From positions 75,082,001-75,146,000 of the forward strand of contig OX597824.1 in assembly GCA_951406725.2 (NCBI GenBank): a stretch of 64,000 nucleotides of DNA, given 5' to 3'. Under the pieces are notes generated by a model. The model saw nothing but the letters and a program-made list of their open reading frames with translations, had not been told where the DNA came from and did not search any database. Positions 37,801-50,839 of this stretch are shown in pieces. The position numbers were made by a program, and so were the translations under genes. The stretch is from Octopus vulgaris (Eukaryota). How positions within the stretch are numbered: position 1 is the first letter of the stretch; the number at the start of each line of letters is the position of its first letter.

Positions 37801-38619
37801 AAGTATAACAGCTGTACTTTTTGAAAAGCATCAGTATAAGTGTTTAGTTATTAAAACAAATCACTGCATCACAGCTTTATCATTATTTAAGTTTTTGTAA
37901 GTTTTCTAAATTTTTTCTTTGGTATTTTTTTTTTTGTTTATTTGTTTGCTTTCACTTCAACATGGTTTTTCTTCCTCAAATTGTGAGAATTTTTGTTTTT
38001 TGATTGATTAAACAAAAAAAAAAAAAAAAAATTCATAAAAAAAAAATAAAGGAAAAAATTTGTTATATGTGTATTCCTCCAGTTCTTTACTTGTAAACTT
38101 TGAATCTGAAAAAACAAAAATTATTATTTATTTTTTTTTTGAATGGAGCGAATAAATATTGTTTTGTGGAATTATTTTACAATTACCCTAATCAATATTA
38201 AACAATTAGCAAACTGATTTCATTTTAATTTCATTGATGAGAAACACTCACAGACTATGCATCCTTTTGGCAGCGGTCCTTTTTTTAAGTTTTTGGATCT
38301 TGGGTGGGGTGGGGTGGGAAGGGAATAGGTGATTGAGGTTTTTGTTATTTCTTTGGGATTTTCTTGTTATTAATCAATAGTAACAGTTCTCTTGCCAATT
38401 TAAAAAAAAATTTTTGCAACAAAATAAAAAAAAATAGAAAGAGAAAATTTCAAAAAGCCAAAATTAATGACAACTGAATTCCATTATAGTTTCTCACTTA
38501 GTTGTGATGAAATATTTACAAGTCTCAGGTGTTACCATATTTATATTCTTCTAGAATACAAGACACAAACTCACACACACATACTCTCTCTCTCTATGAT
38601 GCCAAACAAATACATGCCC

Positions 38620-39830
38620 ACAAAGCTAAGTGGATTGAGAACATTTAATTAAATATCTTGTTCATTGACACAGTTTAGTGTTTCTACTGAGCTTGGTACC
38701 CATTTTACAGCCGGGTGAACTGAGAAAATATTTTAATTAAATATCTTTGACACAATTTATCATTCTTGTGGTTTCTACCTATTTATACATAGATTGGTTA
38801 AAAGTAATTATTAATTAAACCTCTTGATTATTGACAACATTTACCTTTCCTACAGCGGCTGGTCTCTATTTACAGCTAGGTAGACTGAGTTTCTTTATTA
38901 ATTAAATGAATTGTTCACAATTTACATTTCCTGTGGTTGCTACCAATTTAAAGCTAGCACTAAAAAACAATTATTAATTAAATATCATGCTCATCAATAA
39001 CACTACCTTTCCCATTGTCATTGGTCCCTATTTGCTGCTAGGTGCACTGAGAAAATTTATTAATTAAAAATATTAATCCCAATTGACTGTTCCTGTGGTT
39101 GCTACTTCTAGGTGGGCTTAGAACATTTACCAATTAATTATCTTGGTCATTAACAGCATTTACTTTTCCCATAGTGGTTGGTCCCAATTTACAGCTTGAT
39201 GGACTGAGAAAATTTATTAATTCAATATCTTTGGCACAGTTTACCATTCCTGTGATTGCTACCAATTCTATAGCTAGGGGGCCTAAAAACAATTATTAAT
39301 TAAATATTCTGGTCATCAATGACATTTACCTTTCCTATTGTGATTGGTCTTAATTTACAGCCAGGTAGACTGAGAAAATTTATTAATTAAATAACTTGAT
39401 CACAATTTATTAATTAAATAATTTAGTAATTAAATAACTTGATCACAATTTACTGTTCCTGTGGTTGCTAACTCTAGACAGGCTAGAACATTAAGAACAT
39501 TAATTAATTAAAAATCTTGGTCATTATGAACATTCACCTATTGCGGTTGGTCCCTATTTACAGATAGGCAGACTGAACATATTTGTTATATAATGTCTCA
39601 TCTATTGATATATTCTCTTCCTGCTCTGTGGCTGATACCTATTTACAGTTGGGTAGACTGATATCATTTGAGTATTAGATATCTCGTCATTGACTTAAAA
39701 TATAGTTTCCTCACTCTTATAGTACTTACTTACAACTTGGTGATTTGTGAACATTTGAGAGGTATGTCAAGCTACATGGATACAGCATATTATCTGTGGT
39801 TCCTGTTTATAGCTAGGTGGACTGAGGACT
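38620..39830. repeat. Diverged satellite with alternating ~87-bp and ~77-bp subunits (~165-bp dimer)
   Basis: TTAATTAAA anchors near 38646, 38733, 38811, 38898, 38974, 39060, 39133, 39216, 39296 and 39383. Confidence 0.85.
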
Positions 39831-39954
39831 TGAGTGAGCTAAGTGTTTTAGTCATGCACATAGCATATTGTGGTACGGAAGGTACAATTTTTGTGCCTAG
39901 ATGTTAAAGTATTGAACTCACAATTATAGAAATATGGATTCAGTTCCATGATTC

Positions 39955-40348
39955 TTTTCTGCTCTAAGTACAAGGCCCGAAACTTTTTGGGAGGGGGCCA
40001 GTTGATTACATTGATCCCAGTACACAACTGGTATTTAATTTATCGACCCTGAAAGGATGAAAGGCAAAGTCAAACGAAATACTGCTAAGCATTTCACCCG
40101 GTGTGCAAATGTTTCTTATTTCTTTATTGCCCACAAGGGACTAAACATAGAGGGGACAAACAAGGACAGACAAAGGGATTAAGTCGATTACATCGACCCC
40201 AGTGCATAACTGGTACTTAATTTATCGACCCTGAAAGGATGAAAGGCAAAGTCAAACTCGGTGGAATTTGAACTCAGAACTTAAAGAGAGACAAAATACC
40301 ACTAAGCATTTTGCCCGGTGTGCTAACATTTCTGCCAGCTTGTCACCT
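39955..40348 (-). mobile_element. Two SINE A-type copies (nested or tandem)
   Basis: Two GAAAGGATGAAAGGCAAAGTC cores. Confidence 0.85.
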
Positions 40349-40749
40349 GGGATTCAGTTCCATGATTGAGAAGTAAATGGAGTGCTTGAGCTAGGTAGTT
40401 CATCTAATGTTGGTTCAGTCCATTCAATAGAAAATATGTACCAGAAATAGCTGCAAATCAACTTTGTAACAAACTGGTATCCCATCATATTGGAAATTTT
40501 GTATTTTCAGTCACTGAGTGGCTCAGAATAAAAGAAACAAACTGGGTTACGCCTTATTTTAATGAGCCTGTAGGCTTGAGAAAGACTTGGTGGTACCTAT
40601 GTACAGCTAAGTAAACTGGGTCATTTGTGAATTAACCATTCTGGTTATGGACACAATGAGAGCACACTATACAAAACTCAAACTGGTGCCCTCTTGGCTG
40701 ATTGTCTGCTATGCTATTCACTCAACCATACACACTCAAACATACTCCT

Positions 40750-40797
<48 letters not shown>

Positions 40798-40861
40798 TCA
40801 TCATCATCATCATCAAACGATGATGATGATGATGATGATGATGATATATATATATATACAT

Positions 40862-41155
40862 ATTACCAATCACATGGTTCTGGGATCAGTCCCACTATGT
40901 GGCACCTTGGGCAAGTGTCTTCTACTATAGCCACGGGCTGACCAAAGCTTTGTGAGTGGATTTGGTAGACGGAAACTGAAAGAAACCTGATGCTGGTGTG
41001 TTTACATCCCTGTAACTTAGTGGTTCGGCAAAAGAGACCGATAGAATAAGTGCTAGGCTTACAAAGAATAAGTCCTGGGGTCGGTTTGCTTGACTAAAGG
41101 TGGTGCTCCAGCATGGATGCAGTCAAATGACTGAAACAAGTAAAAGAATTAAAGA
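40862..41155 (+). mobile_element. SINE B lacking the internal microsatellite
   Basis: Head joined directly to the 3' module. Confidence 0.85.
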
Positions 41156-41318
41156 ATATATATGTATTTATAAATATATGTATGCTTGTGTGTATATAAG
41201 TGTATGTATATATATGTATATATGTATAGTATATATATATATATCCATTATATATATATTATATATATATATATGTAGATAGATATTTACACATATATAT
41301 ACATGTGTGTGTGTATAT

Positions 41319-41367
<49 letters not shown>

Positions 41368-41385
41368 CAGACATATATATGTATG

Positions 41386-41421
<36 letters not shown>

Positions 41422-42145
41422 CACATGTGTATGTATATATATGAGTGTGCATATACATACATATATATACACACATACAGGAAGAGAGAGAGAGAGATGA
41501 TGTTTGTCAGGGAGAAGTAAGCAGATATCTGAGCAAAAAAACACATATACAATTATATAAAATAGAAAACAAAAACTGGACCCATCATGATATCATTCCT
41601 CTCCAACCGTGACCAACCATTTAGACATCAGACTATATGTAGAATATCATGAATTCCTTGTCCCTGTATCTGTATCTTACTTTCATGCAAACTTTTTGAC
41701 ATATCTAAAGACATTCTGGATTCAGAATTCCAAAGAATGGCTTTAAAAAATATTGCTAAGCAAAAGTAGTGATGGTGATGGTTATGTTGTGTGCCAGATT
41801 GGATGTGTGGGCTTTGATAAATTAATTAAAGGGAGTGTAACAGCAAAAGGAAAAAAATTCAGGGCTAACTGGACAAAGATACATTCTTTGATGAAGAAAA
41901 AAACAACACCAATAATGTTTTCAAATGTTGGCGCAAGGCCAGCAATATTTAATGGGCAGTGTTGGTCAATTACTTGACCCCTGTACTAGACTGATACTTT
42001 ATGTTATTGATGCCAACCATAGTAGACTTTGAACTGAGAATGTAAAGCCTGCAGAATTGCTGCTAAGCATTTTAGTTCAAACATGGTAAGACTCACCCAG
42101 CTTACTGCTTTGACATTACCAATAATAATAATAATAATAATAATA

Positions 42146-42725
42146 AATGCCCTGATGCAGTACTATGCCCTGATGCAGTACCAGGCAGTGGCTCTCATTG
42201 CTTCTGATCTTAACTGATTGGAAGTGTTATCATGTACATTGTTTTGTCTTGGTATAAAAAAAAAGGGCCACAGCAAATATTCTGCTCAGTACCACAGATT
42301 TGCTTCTCAGTTGTTTGACCATAACCAGTTGAGCATGTCCCTTAGTGGCTGACGATATGTGCATCTCTGATCACGAGCAGAAGTAGTGGGAAGAGAATCA
42401 AAGCTGTGTGTTGAGAGGAATTCTTTAGGGTTTGAATAATTGACCTCTGGAAGCATGGGTGTTTCATTCATCATCTTTAAACAAACTTTATTCAAGTACC
42501 TTTCGAGTGGGGTGGGCTACTCAGCCTGAAGAAAATTCTAACTGGGCCCCACCTGCAAGGTCATGCACTGTTTCTCGTGATATTAGATTATCATGTCACG
42601 CACATATGGTCGTGATGCATGAGCCTGGTGCACCCTTATCAGATGAGTAGTCATGATGGGTGTATTGAGCTTTGTATATTTGTACCCTAGTGTCACTTTG
42701 ATAGCATGCATTTCTCTCTCACTTG
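42146..42725 (+). mobile_element. Non-coding retroposon inserted in (AAT)n
   Basis: Flanked on both sides by (AAT)n; 5'-truncated copy at 44081-44418 is also (AAT)n-flanked; fragment at 46072-46131. Confidence 0.75.
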
Positions 42726-42763
<38 letters not shown>

Positions 42764-42779
42764 TAATAATAATAATAAT

Positions 42780-43720
42780 AATCTTTTGTGTTGTAAGCAC
42801 AAGGCCTGAAATTTTGGGGGAGGGGGATAGTCAATTACTTCAACCTCAGTATGCAACTGGTACTTATTTTAGTGACCTTGAAACGATGAAAGGTAAAGTT
42901 GACCTCAGCAGAATTTAAACTCAGAACATAGCAGTGGACGAAATACCACTAATCATTTCATCCAGCATACTAACGATTATGCCAGCCTGCTGCCTTAATA
43001 ATAATAATGATGATGAGGATTTCACATTTTGACACAAGGCCAGCAATTTTAGGGGGAGGGGGTAAGTTGATTGCAGTCACTCCAATTCTCAAGTGGTACT
43101 TACTTTAATATTATTTAATGAAAATAATCATAATAAAGATGATGATAATAATGATAACAGTAATGATGATGATGACGAAGATGATGATAATGATCTCTGA
43201 CACTAGTACTAAGCCATACACTATTTTTCATTTGGGAATGGGGTAGAGGGTGAAGGAGGTAGAGTCAATTAAATTAAGCCCAGTATTTTACTGGTATCAT
43301 ATTTTAGAAAATATTCCTGCCACTGCTTATAAGAATAAAAATTAACTTTGTATGATTTGAACTCGGAATGTGGTGAGTGTATGTGTGTGTGTATGTGGGG
43401 GAATTGTAATGGTAATACCGCTTCTGCCAAATGGTTACTCAATGTAATAATAAATATTAATTATAGTCATTTCTTTTATTTTGCCACAGGGGCTACGTCT
43501 TTTTTCTTTTTTTTTTCCTTTTGTTTTGAGAGGTGGGGGTTGTTACAAAAGACGAAAGTACAAAAATGATGGAAGAGAGTTAGAGAGAGTTTGCAGAATC
43601 AATCACGAGAAAAAAAAATTATAATAAATAAAACAAGCATAAAAATCAAAATTGTCAAAAAAAATAAAATGAAAGACAATAATAGTATTAATAATAATAA
43701 CAACAATAATAATAATAATG

Positions 43721-43814
<94 letters not shown>

Positions 43815-44036
43815 TAATAAACCTTTCTATTATAGGCACAAGGCCTGAAATTTGGGGGAGGGGATAGTCAATATCATCAACCCCAGTACTCAACTGGTAC
43901 TTATTTCATCGACCTCAAAAGGATGAAAGGCAAAGTCGACCTCATTGGCATTTGAACTCAGAATGTAAAGTCAGGACAAAATACAGCTATTTGCCCGGCT
44001 TGCTAACGATTCTGCCAGCTCACAATGATGATGATG

Positions 44037-44067
<31 letters not shown>

Positions 44068-44955
44068 TAACAATAATAATAGTAGTGGGGGAGCATCATA
44101 GCTGTGTGTTGGAAGGAATTCTTAGAGGTTTGGATAATTCACCTTTGGAAACATGGATGGTTTGTTCAACATCCTTAATCCTTATTCAGGGACCTTATGA
44201 GCGGGATGGGCTTCTCGACCAGAAGAAAATTCTAACTGGGCCCCACCTGCAAGGTCATGTGCTGTTTATCTTAATATGAGATCACCATGTTGCACACATA
44301 TGGTTGTGATGTATGTGCCTGGTGTGCCCTTATCAGATGGGTAGTCATGATGGGTATACTGGGCTTCGTATATTTTACCCCAGTATCACTTTGAAGGCAT
44401 GCACTGCTCCCTCACTCAATAATAATAATAATAATAATAATCATAATAATAATCTTTTTAATCTAGGCACAAAGCCTGAAATTTAGCAGGAGAGGGGTTT
44501 GTCAATTATACTGAGCCCAGTGTTCAACTGGTACTTGTTTTATCAACCCTGAAAGGTTGAAAAGCAAAGTTGACTTTGGTGGCATTTGAACTGAGAATGT
44601 AAAAAGTCAGACAAAATGGTGCTAAGCATTTTGCCCCATGCACTTACAATTCTGCCAGCTTGTTGCCTTTGGTAGCAATAATAACGAGAAAAAGAAGAAA
44701 AACAATAATAATGATAATGGTGATAAAATTTGGTTTCAGATTGAGGGACAAGGCCAGTAAATTTTAAAGGATGAGGGTTTAGTGTCTAGTCAATACCATC
44801 GACCCCAGCTTTTGACTGGTACTTTATTTTATCCACCCCAGAGGGAGGAAAGGTAAAGTTAACCTTGGAGGGATTTCAACTCTGAAAATAAAGAGCTATA
44901 ATAAATACCACAAGGCAATCTGATTCTCTAATGATTCTGCCAGTTTTCCCCTTTT
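42780..44955 (-). mobile_element. Cluster of older SINE A-variant copies with (AAT)n-associated tails (42780-42997, 43822-44023, 44452-44670, 44735-44955)
   Basis: Shared GGCACAAGGCCTGAAATTT.GGGGAG tail and A core. Confidence 0.75.
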
Positions 44956-45239
44956 GATAGCGATAATAATGTATTTTGCAAACATGGAAGACACACCTTA
45001 TAAGAAAAAAATACCATGAAAATTACCATGCGACTGCCAGGATACTAGTTGAGAAGTTGTGCTGTGGTTTTCTGAGGCTTAACAGAAAGCAGTCCCATAC
45101 AGAGGCTGTTATTTAATTACTTAGCAATTGTAAGTATTTTATATTCTGAAATTCTAATTAATCTGATTAATACCAAAGTGATTTGTAAATTTTGCTCTAT
45201 CCTTTTTTCAAAATAAATATAGATGCTGATGTATATATG

Positions 45240-45431
45240 TGTTGTGTGGACACCCCCAGATGATGAAGTAGGCTGGCCCAATATGGAGATATAGAGGGAG
45301 AGGCCTAGACGTTGAGAGAAGTAGATTAGAGCAGAGCAGTGTTGAGTAGAAGTCATCCGAGCGTGCGACATAACAGCAGCGACAAGGATTTCGTAGCTCA
45401 CACAGTCACTGTGTAGTATTGCGACATAACA
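45240..45431. mobile_element. Solo LTR
   Basis: ATATG|TGTTGTGT ... ACATAACA|ATATG: TG..CA ends, short terminal inverted repeat, 5-bp TSD. Confidence 0.75.
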
Positions 45432-45762
45432 ATATGCTTACCTTTTCCAAATGAAAAATAGTCTTCATCTTCGTCATATGGATAAAAATCAAATGACAAA
45501 GAATACAAGCACCACAGCTTGTTAGAAATGTAGAAAAGAGTGTTACATTAAAAAATTTCCACTTACAGACTCTTAATTAAAAATTGATGCTATAATGACC
45601 GATACACAAGTGGCGTTGATTAAGGTCAATCCACAGAAACAAGCATTGCCTAGTGCATGTTGGGATACCTAAGGATTGACTGGCAGCAGTTGTAGTTGGG
45701 CACCTGTAGTTGATAGGTGGTCAGCAGTGATGGGTGTAGTACGATCACTATGGCATGTCACA

Positions 45763-46023
45763 TGTAATAATCACAGGGCAGTTAAAGTGGAGAGCATAGT
45801 GTTACATACTACCCTAATACCCGGCAGAAAACCACCAGGCTGGTGGCTACTGTAATAATCACAGGGCAGTTAAAGTGGAGAGCATAGTGTTACATACTAC
45901 CCTAATACCCGGCAGAAAACCACCAGGCTGGTGGCTACTGTAATAATCACAGGGCAGTTAAAGTGGAGAGCATAGTGTTACATACTACCCTAATACCCGG
46001 CAGAAAACCACCAGGCTGGTGGC
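45763..46023. repeat. Three identical 88-bp tandem units
   Basis: Units start at 45763, 45851 and 45939. Confidence 0.97.
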
Positions 46024-46351
46024 CGCTGTCTGGTGATTTCACCCAATGTCAGTAAAAATTAGCACTCCAGTAGTCTTGGTACAAAAGATGGGCTACAGCA
46101 AATATTCTACTCAATACCACAGAAATGCTTGTGATTTCACCCAATGACAGTGAAAATGAGCACTGCTGTAGTTTTGGCCATGTGCTTTGCCTAATAACGG
46201 GCATTTAGCATGTGCTCACTGGACATTGCCAATTCTTGTGGATGGAGTATTGGTAACTATAAACAATTTTTTTTACACTCCTAAAACCAGGGTGCATCTT
46301 CCATGATGCACTGTCAACCATGCAGCAAAATGCAGTTATGATAACACTATC

Positions 46352-46395
<44 letters not shown>

Positions 46396-46430
46396 TAATA
46401 ATAATAATAAAAGCAACGATAATACTAATA

Positions 46431-46481
<51 letters not shown>

Positions 46482-46745
46482 CTGATGTTAGCATACAAAC
46501 AACACACGGTTCTACATTCCTGAAAGACAATGCTGTACACACTTACACATGCACACATGTGCACGCACATGCACATACACACACACTCACAGAACACAAA
46601 CACATTGCAAGTGCACTTTGTAGTGCAGTAAGAAACTTGCATGAAAGTGTTGGAAAAAAGCATGAAAATAATAACGGTAAACGATGATAATAATTACAAT
46701 GTCTTTTGGTTGTGGTGATTGATTAGCGGACCTGCCTGTAATAAC

Positions 46746-46796
<51 letters not shown>

Positions 46797-47129
46797 TAAT
46801 AGTTAATAATTAGGATAATAATAAAAAAGACAATAAAATAGCTGAAGACCATTTCCAAATAGTCTTCATATTGGTTATTTTACATTTTTTTCTATTTTTT
46901 TCTTATTTTTTTAAATCTTGATTTCTTTGAAGGGTTCATTTTTTTTGTTTGTGTTTATTTTCTTTTTTTTTTACCTGCTATATTTCACTTTTAGTTCTTT
47001 TAAGTTTTTTTGAAATTGTTCATTTTGGCTTTTTGTTAGCGGAACATAAATAGGTCATAGTTCACAGAGAAAAAGGAAGGAAGAAAGAAAGAGACAGAGA
47101 GAGAGAAGGAGATATAGATAAACAGAGAG

Positions 47130-47185
<56 letters not shown>

Positions 47186-47379
47186 GAAAGATAGAGAAGG
47201 AAAGGATAGTGAAAAAAAAATTATTAAAAAGCTCACAGAGGAACAAATAAATAATATGGAGCTAAGTTTTTGGTATTGTTTCCGAAACTTTGAATTCTGA
47301 TTGCAACAATGGCCATATCAAAATAAGCAAGAAAGAGTTAAATAAAATCTACAGAAGCGCATACATGTGTAGAGTACTG

Positions 47380-47459
<80 letters not shown>

Positions 47460-47467
47460 AATATATT

Positions 47468-47511
<44 letters not shown>

Positions 47512-47685
47512 AATATATTTATATATATACATATATATATATATTTGATACATATATGTATATATATATATACATATATGTATCAAATATACAAATATAT
47601 ATATCAAACATATATATGTAAACGTGTGTGTGTGTGTGCATGTGTATATAGATATATACATATGTGAGTGTGCATGTATGTGTGT

Positions 47686-47730
<45 letters not shown>

Positions 47731-47970
47731 CATACATAAATATATACATATATGTATCAAATATACAAATATATATCAAACATATACGTATATATGTAAA
47801 TGTGTGTGTGTATATATATATGCTACATATATATGTGTGTGTGCATGTGTATATAGATATATACACATGTGAGTGTGCATGTATGTGTGTAGGATATATA
47901 TATATATATACATATACTCATGTATAAGTATACATACTCATACATAAATATATACACACATACATACATG
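47380..47970. repeat. (TA)/(CA) microsatellite field with internal block duplication
   Basis: TATGTATCAAATATACAAATATATAT...GTGAGTGTGCATGTATGTGTGTAGG occurs twice. Confidence 0.85.
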
Positions 47971-48294
47971 CTTTCTCATTCGCACAATAATGTACCATAT
48001 AAAATACATACACACTATGCAGAAGGATGTGTGTGTGCACGCATACACACACACAATGAGAGTGAGCCCTTAATTATTACATAATGCACTTGAAATTGCT
48101 TTCCCTATTGGCATGAAAGTTAGCTGGGCATGCACCACTAGTTGCGGTTTCCTCTTTAGCCACTAAAGTACAGCTCTGAACTTGAAATTTCAATTAAGTT
48201 TGCTCTGTTATTACATTAACTATTACTGCTCCAGTTTTTGCTCTCTCCAAAGAAAAGAAGCATTCAGTGATCTGTTAATTGTTTCCTTAATTTT

Positions 48295-48683
48295 TATATA
48301 TAAAGCTGAAGTTGTCCGTGTGTGGCAGGTTTGGTAGCCTTCAACTAACACTATCTCCTCCGAGACCCTGCGGTGCAAGTTGACCAAAATTGAGAGTATG
48401 ATAGAAGGCTTGCTCTTCATTCTGTAGAAGAAAAAAATTCAAATTGGACCATGTTAAGACCAAAAATTATTTACATCAAAAAAGTGCTTCTTTTCTATAA
48501 AAATCCCTATTTTTTACGATTTTTTGACTGCTGTGTCGCGATTTTTTGGTGTATTTCAACCAGAAAAATGTTCCTTAAAGAGAATAACAAGCTCCATAAT
48601 GCAAAATGTTTACTTTTCAAAAATTCCAATTCTAAAGGGTCGAAAAGAAAACAAACCCACGCAACGATGGGCTATACTGCTAG
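48295..48683 (+). mobile_element. Non-autonomous Helitron (same family as 20115-20485)
   Basis: Homologous body; 3' CCCACGCAACGATGGG hairpin and CTAG|T. Confidence 0.8.
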
Positions 48684-48827
48684 TTGTTTAAAAAAATCCA
48701 ATTATTAAAAGTATGAGTACATCTTTCTTCAACACAGTCCACTTGCATTTTGTCACAATTTATCTATCTTTGTACAAACTTCTTTAAATGTTCAAAGGAG
48801 GCCCTTGGCTAATCTATGATCTCTTAA

Positions 48828-49043
48828 CTCTTTTTGTTACCATATTTCTGTTGAAATACACTGTTTTTATTTTAATTAATTAATTAATTATTTAATAAAA
48901 TTCGTTTGTCTTTATTAAGCTGGCGTCTGGAATATAAATTAACATGAAATTTTTGTGGGGAGTTTGAATTTAGATCACTGTAAAACAAGGAAGTTGTATC
49001 ATAGAACTAGGGGTGGTCCCAGGTAGGCTGGTATGAAAGGGGC
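48828..49043. mobile_element. Decayed piggyBac-like MITE
   Basis: TTAA|CTCTTTTTGTTACC ... GGTATGAAAGGGG|CTAA. Confidence 0.45.
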
Positions 49044-49048
49044 TAAAG

Positions 49049-49390
49049 CACAAGTTCTCAAAGTGGGTGCTACTGCCCCCTTCCAGAGGGCATTGAGATG
49101 GTCCAGGTTGGCACTGATGCCCAAAGGAGCAGTGTGTGTGTGTGGGGGGGGGGGGCACGATAGAGAAAAAGGAGGTGTTGGGAGGAAGGCAGTGGATTGG
49201 GGGACACTATAAGTTTATTATAATAGTATTGTATACAAATTATATAATATTATATTAAGTATCAAATGATTCAAAGTATATATAAATTAGTAAAATATAT
49301 AATATTTATTTATACATAAAAATAGGGGGGCGTTGAGGGTATTATATGGCCATATGGGGAATGGGGGGCCAAAAAGTTTGAGAACCTCTG
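49049..49390. mobile_element. hAT-type MITE
   Basis: CACAAGTTCTCAAAGT / AGTTTGAGAACCTCTG TIRs; perfect 8-bp TSD GGCTAAAG. Confidence 0.88.
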
Positions 49391-50312
49391 GGCTAAAGTA
49401 TCTTTCGATTTTGTAACTAATTAGGTCACAGTGAGAGAGAGAGCAAAGTCAGAAGTATGTTGCCGATGCTCCAGTATCAAATCTCAGTTTCAGGAAGAGT
49501 TCAACTCTATGAACAACAGTCATATAAGAACAGGCATTATGTTGTAAACAACACAATGTCTTTCAAGAGAACTTTTGCATGTTTTACTTCGAAATGCAAG
49601 ACAGAGCTTGTCATGTAACATCTTGCTATCATGAGCATGGTTTACAGCTGAGCTTTCTCTCCTGATTAATGCTTCAGTATTGGTCTTTGCTAATCCAAAA
49701 ATACTATCTGCATCGATTTTCATACTTCGGCTGGTAATAAGGTATCCAAGTTAAATATCCTAAGTGACGATTTTTTTCCCCCCCAAAAAAAGAAATCCAA
49801 AAGCCCTTGGTAGATTTCAAATGACTTTTGTTTGTGCAAATTTCATTTGTTGTTCCGAGGATCCATCATGCACAAACAATATCAATGTCAAGTTCAATGT
49901 TGTGAACAATTTCATGGTAGAACCAAGGTTAATTTGCATATAACAAAATACACCACCAATCAATAGTCAGGTATCCATTCAATAGAATCAGGTCACGGCC
50001 TCATTCAGTGTTGTCATCAGTACAAGACACAGTCATGCATCCAGCTCCTTCTTCTGATGTGCGAGACTTGAGTGACCATTTTTGCAATTTCCAATCCATT
50101 ATGACAAAACACTATTCTCATATTGTAGTAAAATCTTTCAACTGATTTTAGTCCCTAATATGCCTTAATCCTACAGAAAATGGGTCACAGAAAGTTCCTC
50201 TTCTTTGAGAAAAAAAAAAAAAAGAAACCAGAGCAGCAATGGTTAACATAATAACTACGAAAACATAACTACCATTTCCTGTTTAAACCTGTCCCTGTCC
50301 CATGATATACAT

Positions 50313-50394
<82 letters not shown>

Positions 50395-50403
50395 GCCATG
50401 TTG

Positions 50404-50588
50404 GATCGTTAGCCCCTACACGCAATTTTTTTCTCTCCTTGTTTCTTTTCTGTGTATCTTTCTGTTGAAGAGCGTAGGCTCGAAATGTAAAAGACTTGTT
50501 TTATTTCTATTCCTGAGCACCATACTAATACATTATTTGTTTGTACTCCACTTGCCTTCGTCTTTTGTTTATTTTCGTAAACCTTCTG

Positions 50589-50645
<57 letters not shown>

Positions 50646-50839
50646 CATATATATATAGGGGAGAATTCACAAAAAAAAACAAAAGACGAAGACAGGTGTT
50701 GTAGACAACAAACAGATGTATTAGTTTAATGCTTGGGAAGTGAAAAAGTCTTTTAATGTTTCGAGCCTATGCTCTTCCACGGAAAGGAGCACAGAAAGAA
50801 ACAAGGAGAGAAAATAAAGAATGTGTAGGGGCTAGCGAT

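Noticed and set aside
36850-37831. YI/CV/HT-rich ORFs (also at 8.2, 41.2, 47.5, 51.4 and 60.4 kb)
   Set aside because: Dinucleotide repeats lacking stop codons
38620-39830. CRISPR-like repeat-spacer array
   Set aside because: Sequences between the TTAATTAAA anchors are homologous to each other, so this is a satellite
45763-46023. CRISPR array
   Set aside because: Units are fully identical with no unique spacers; no cas genes; eukaryotic context
49520-49723. Sola-type transposase (D..FGL motif)
   Set aside because: Only one weak motif; no other catalytic blocks or TIRs found
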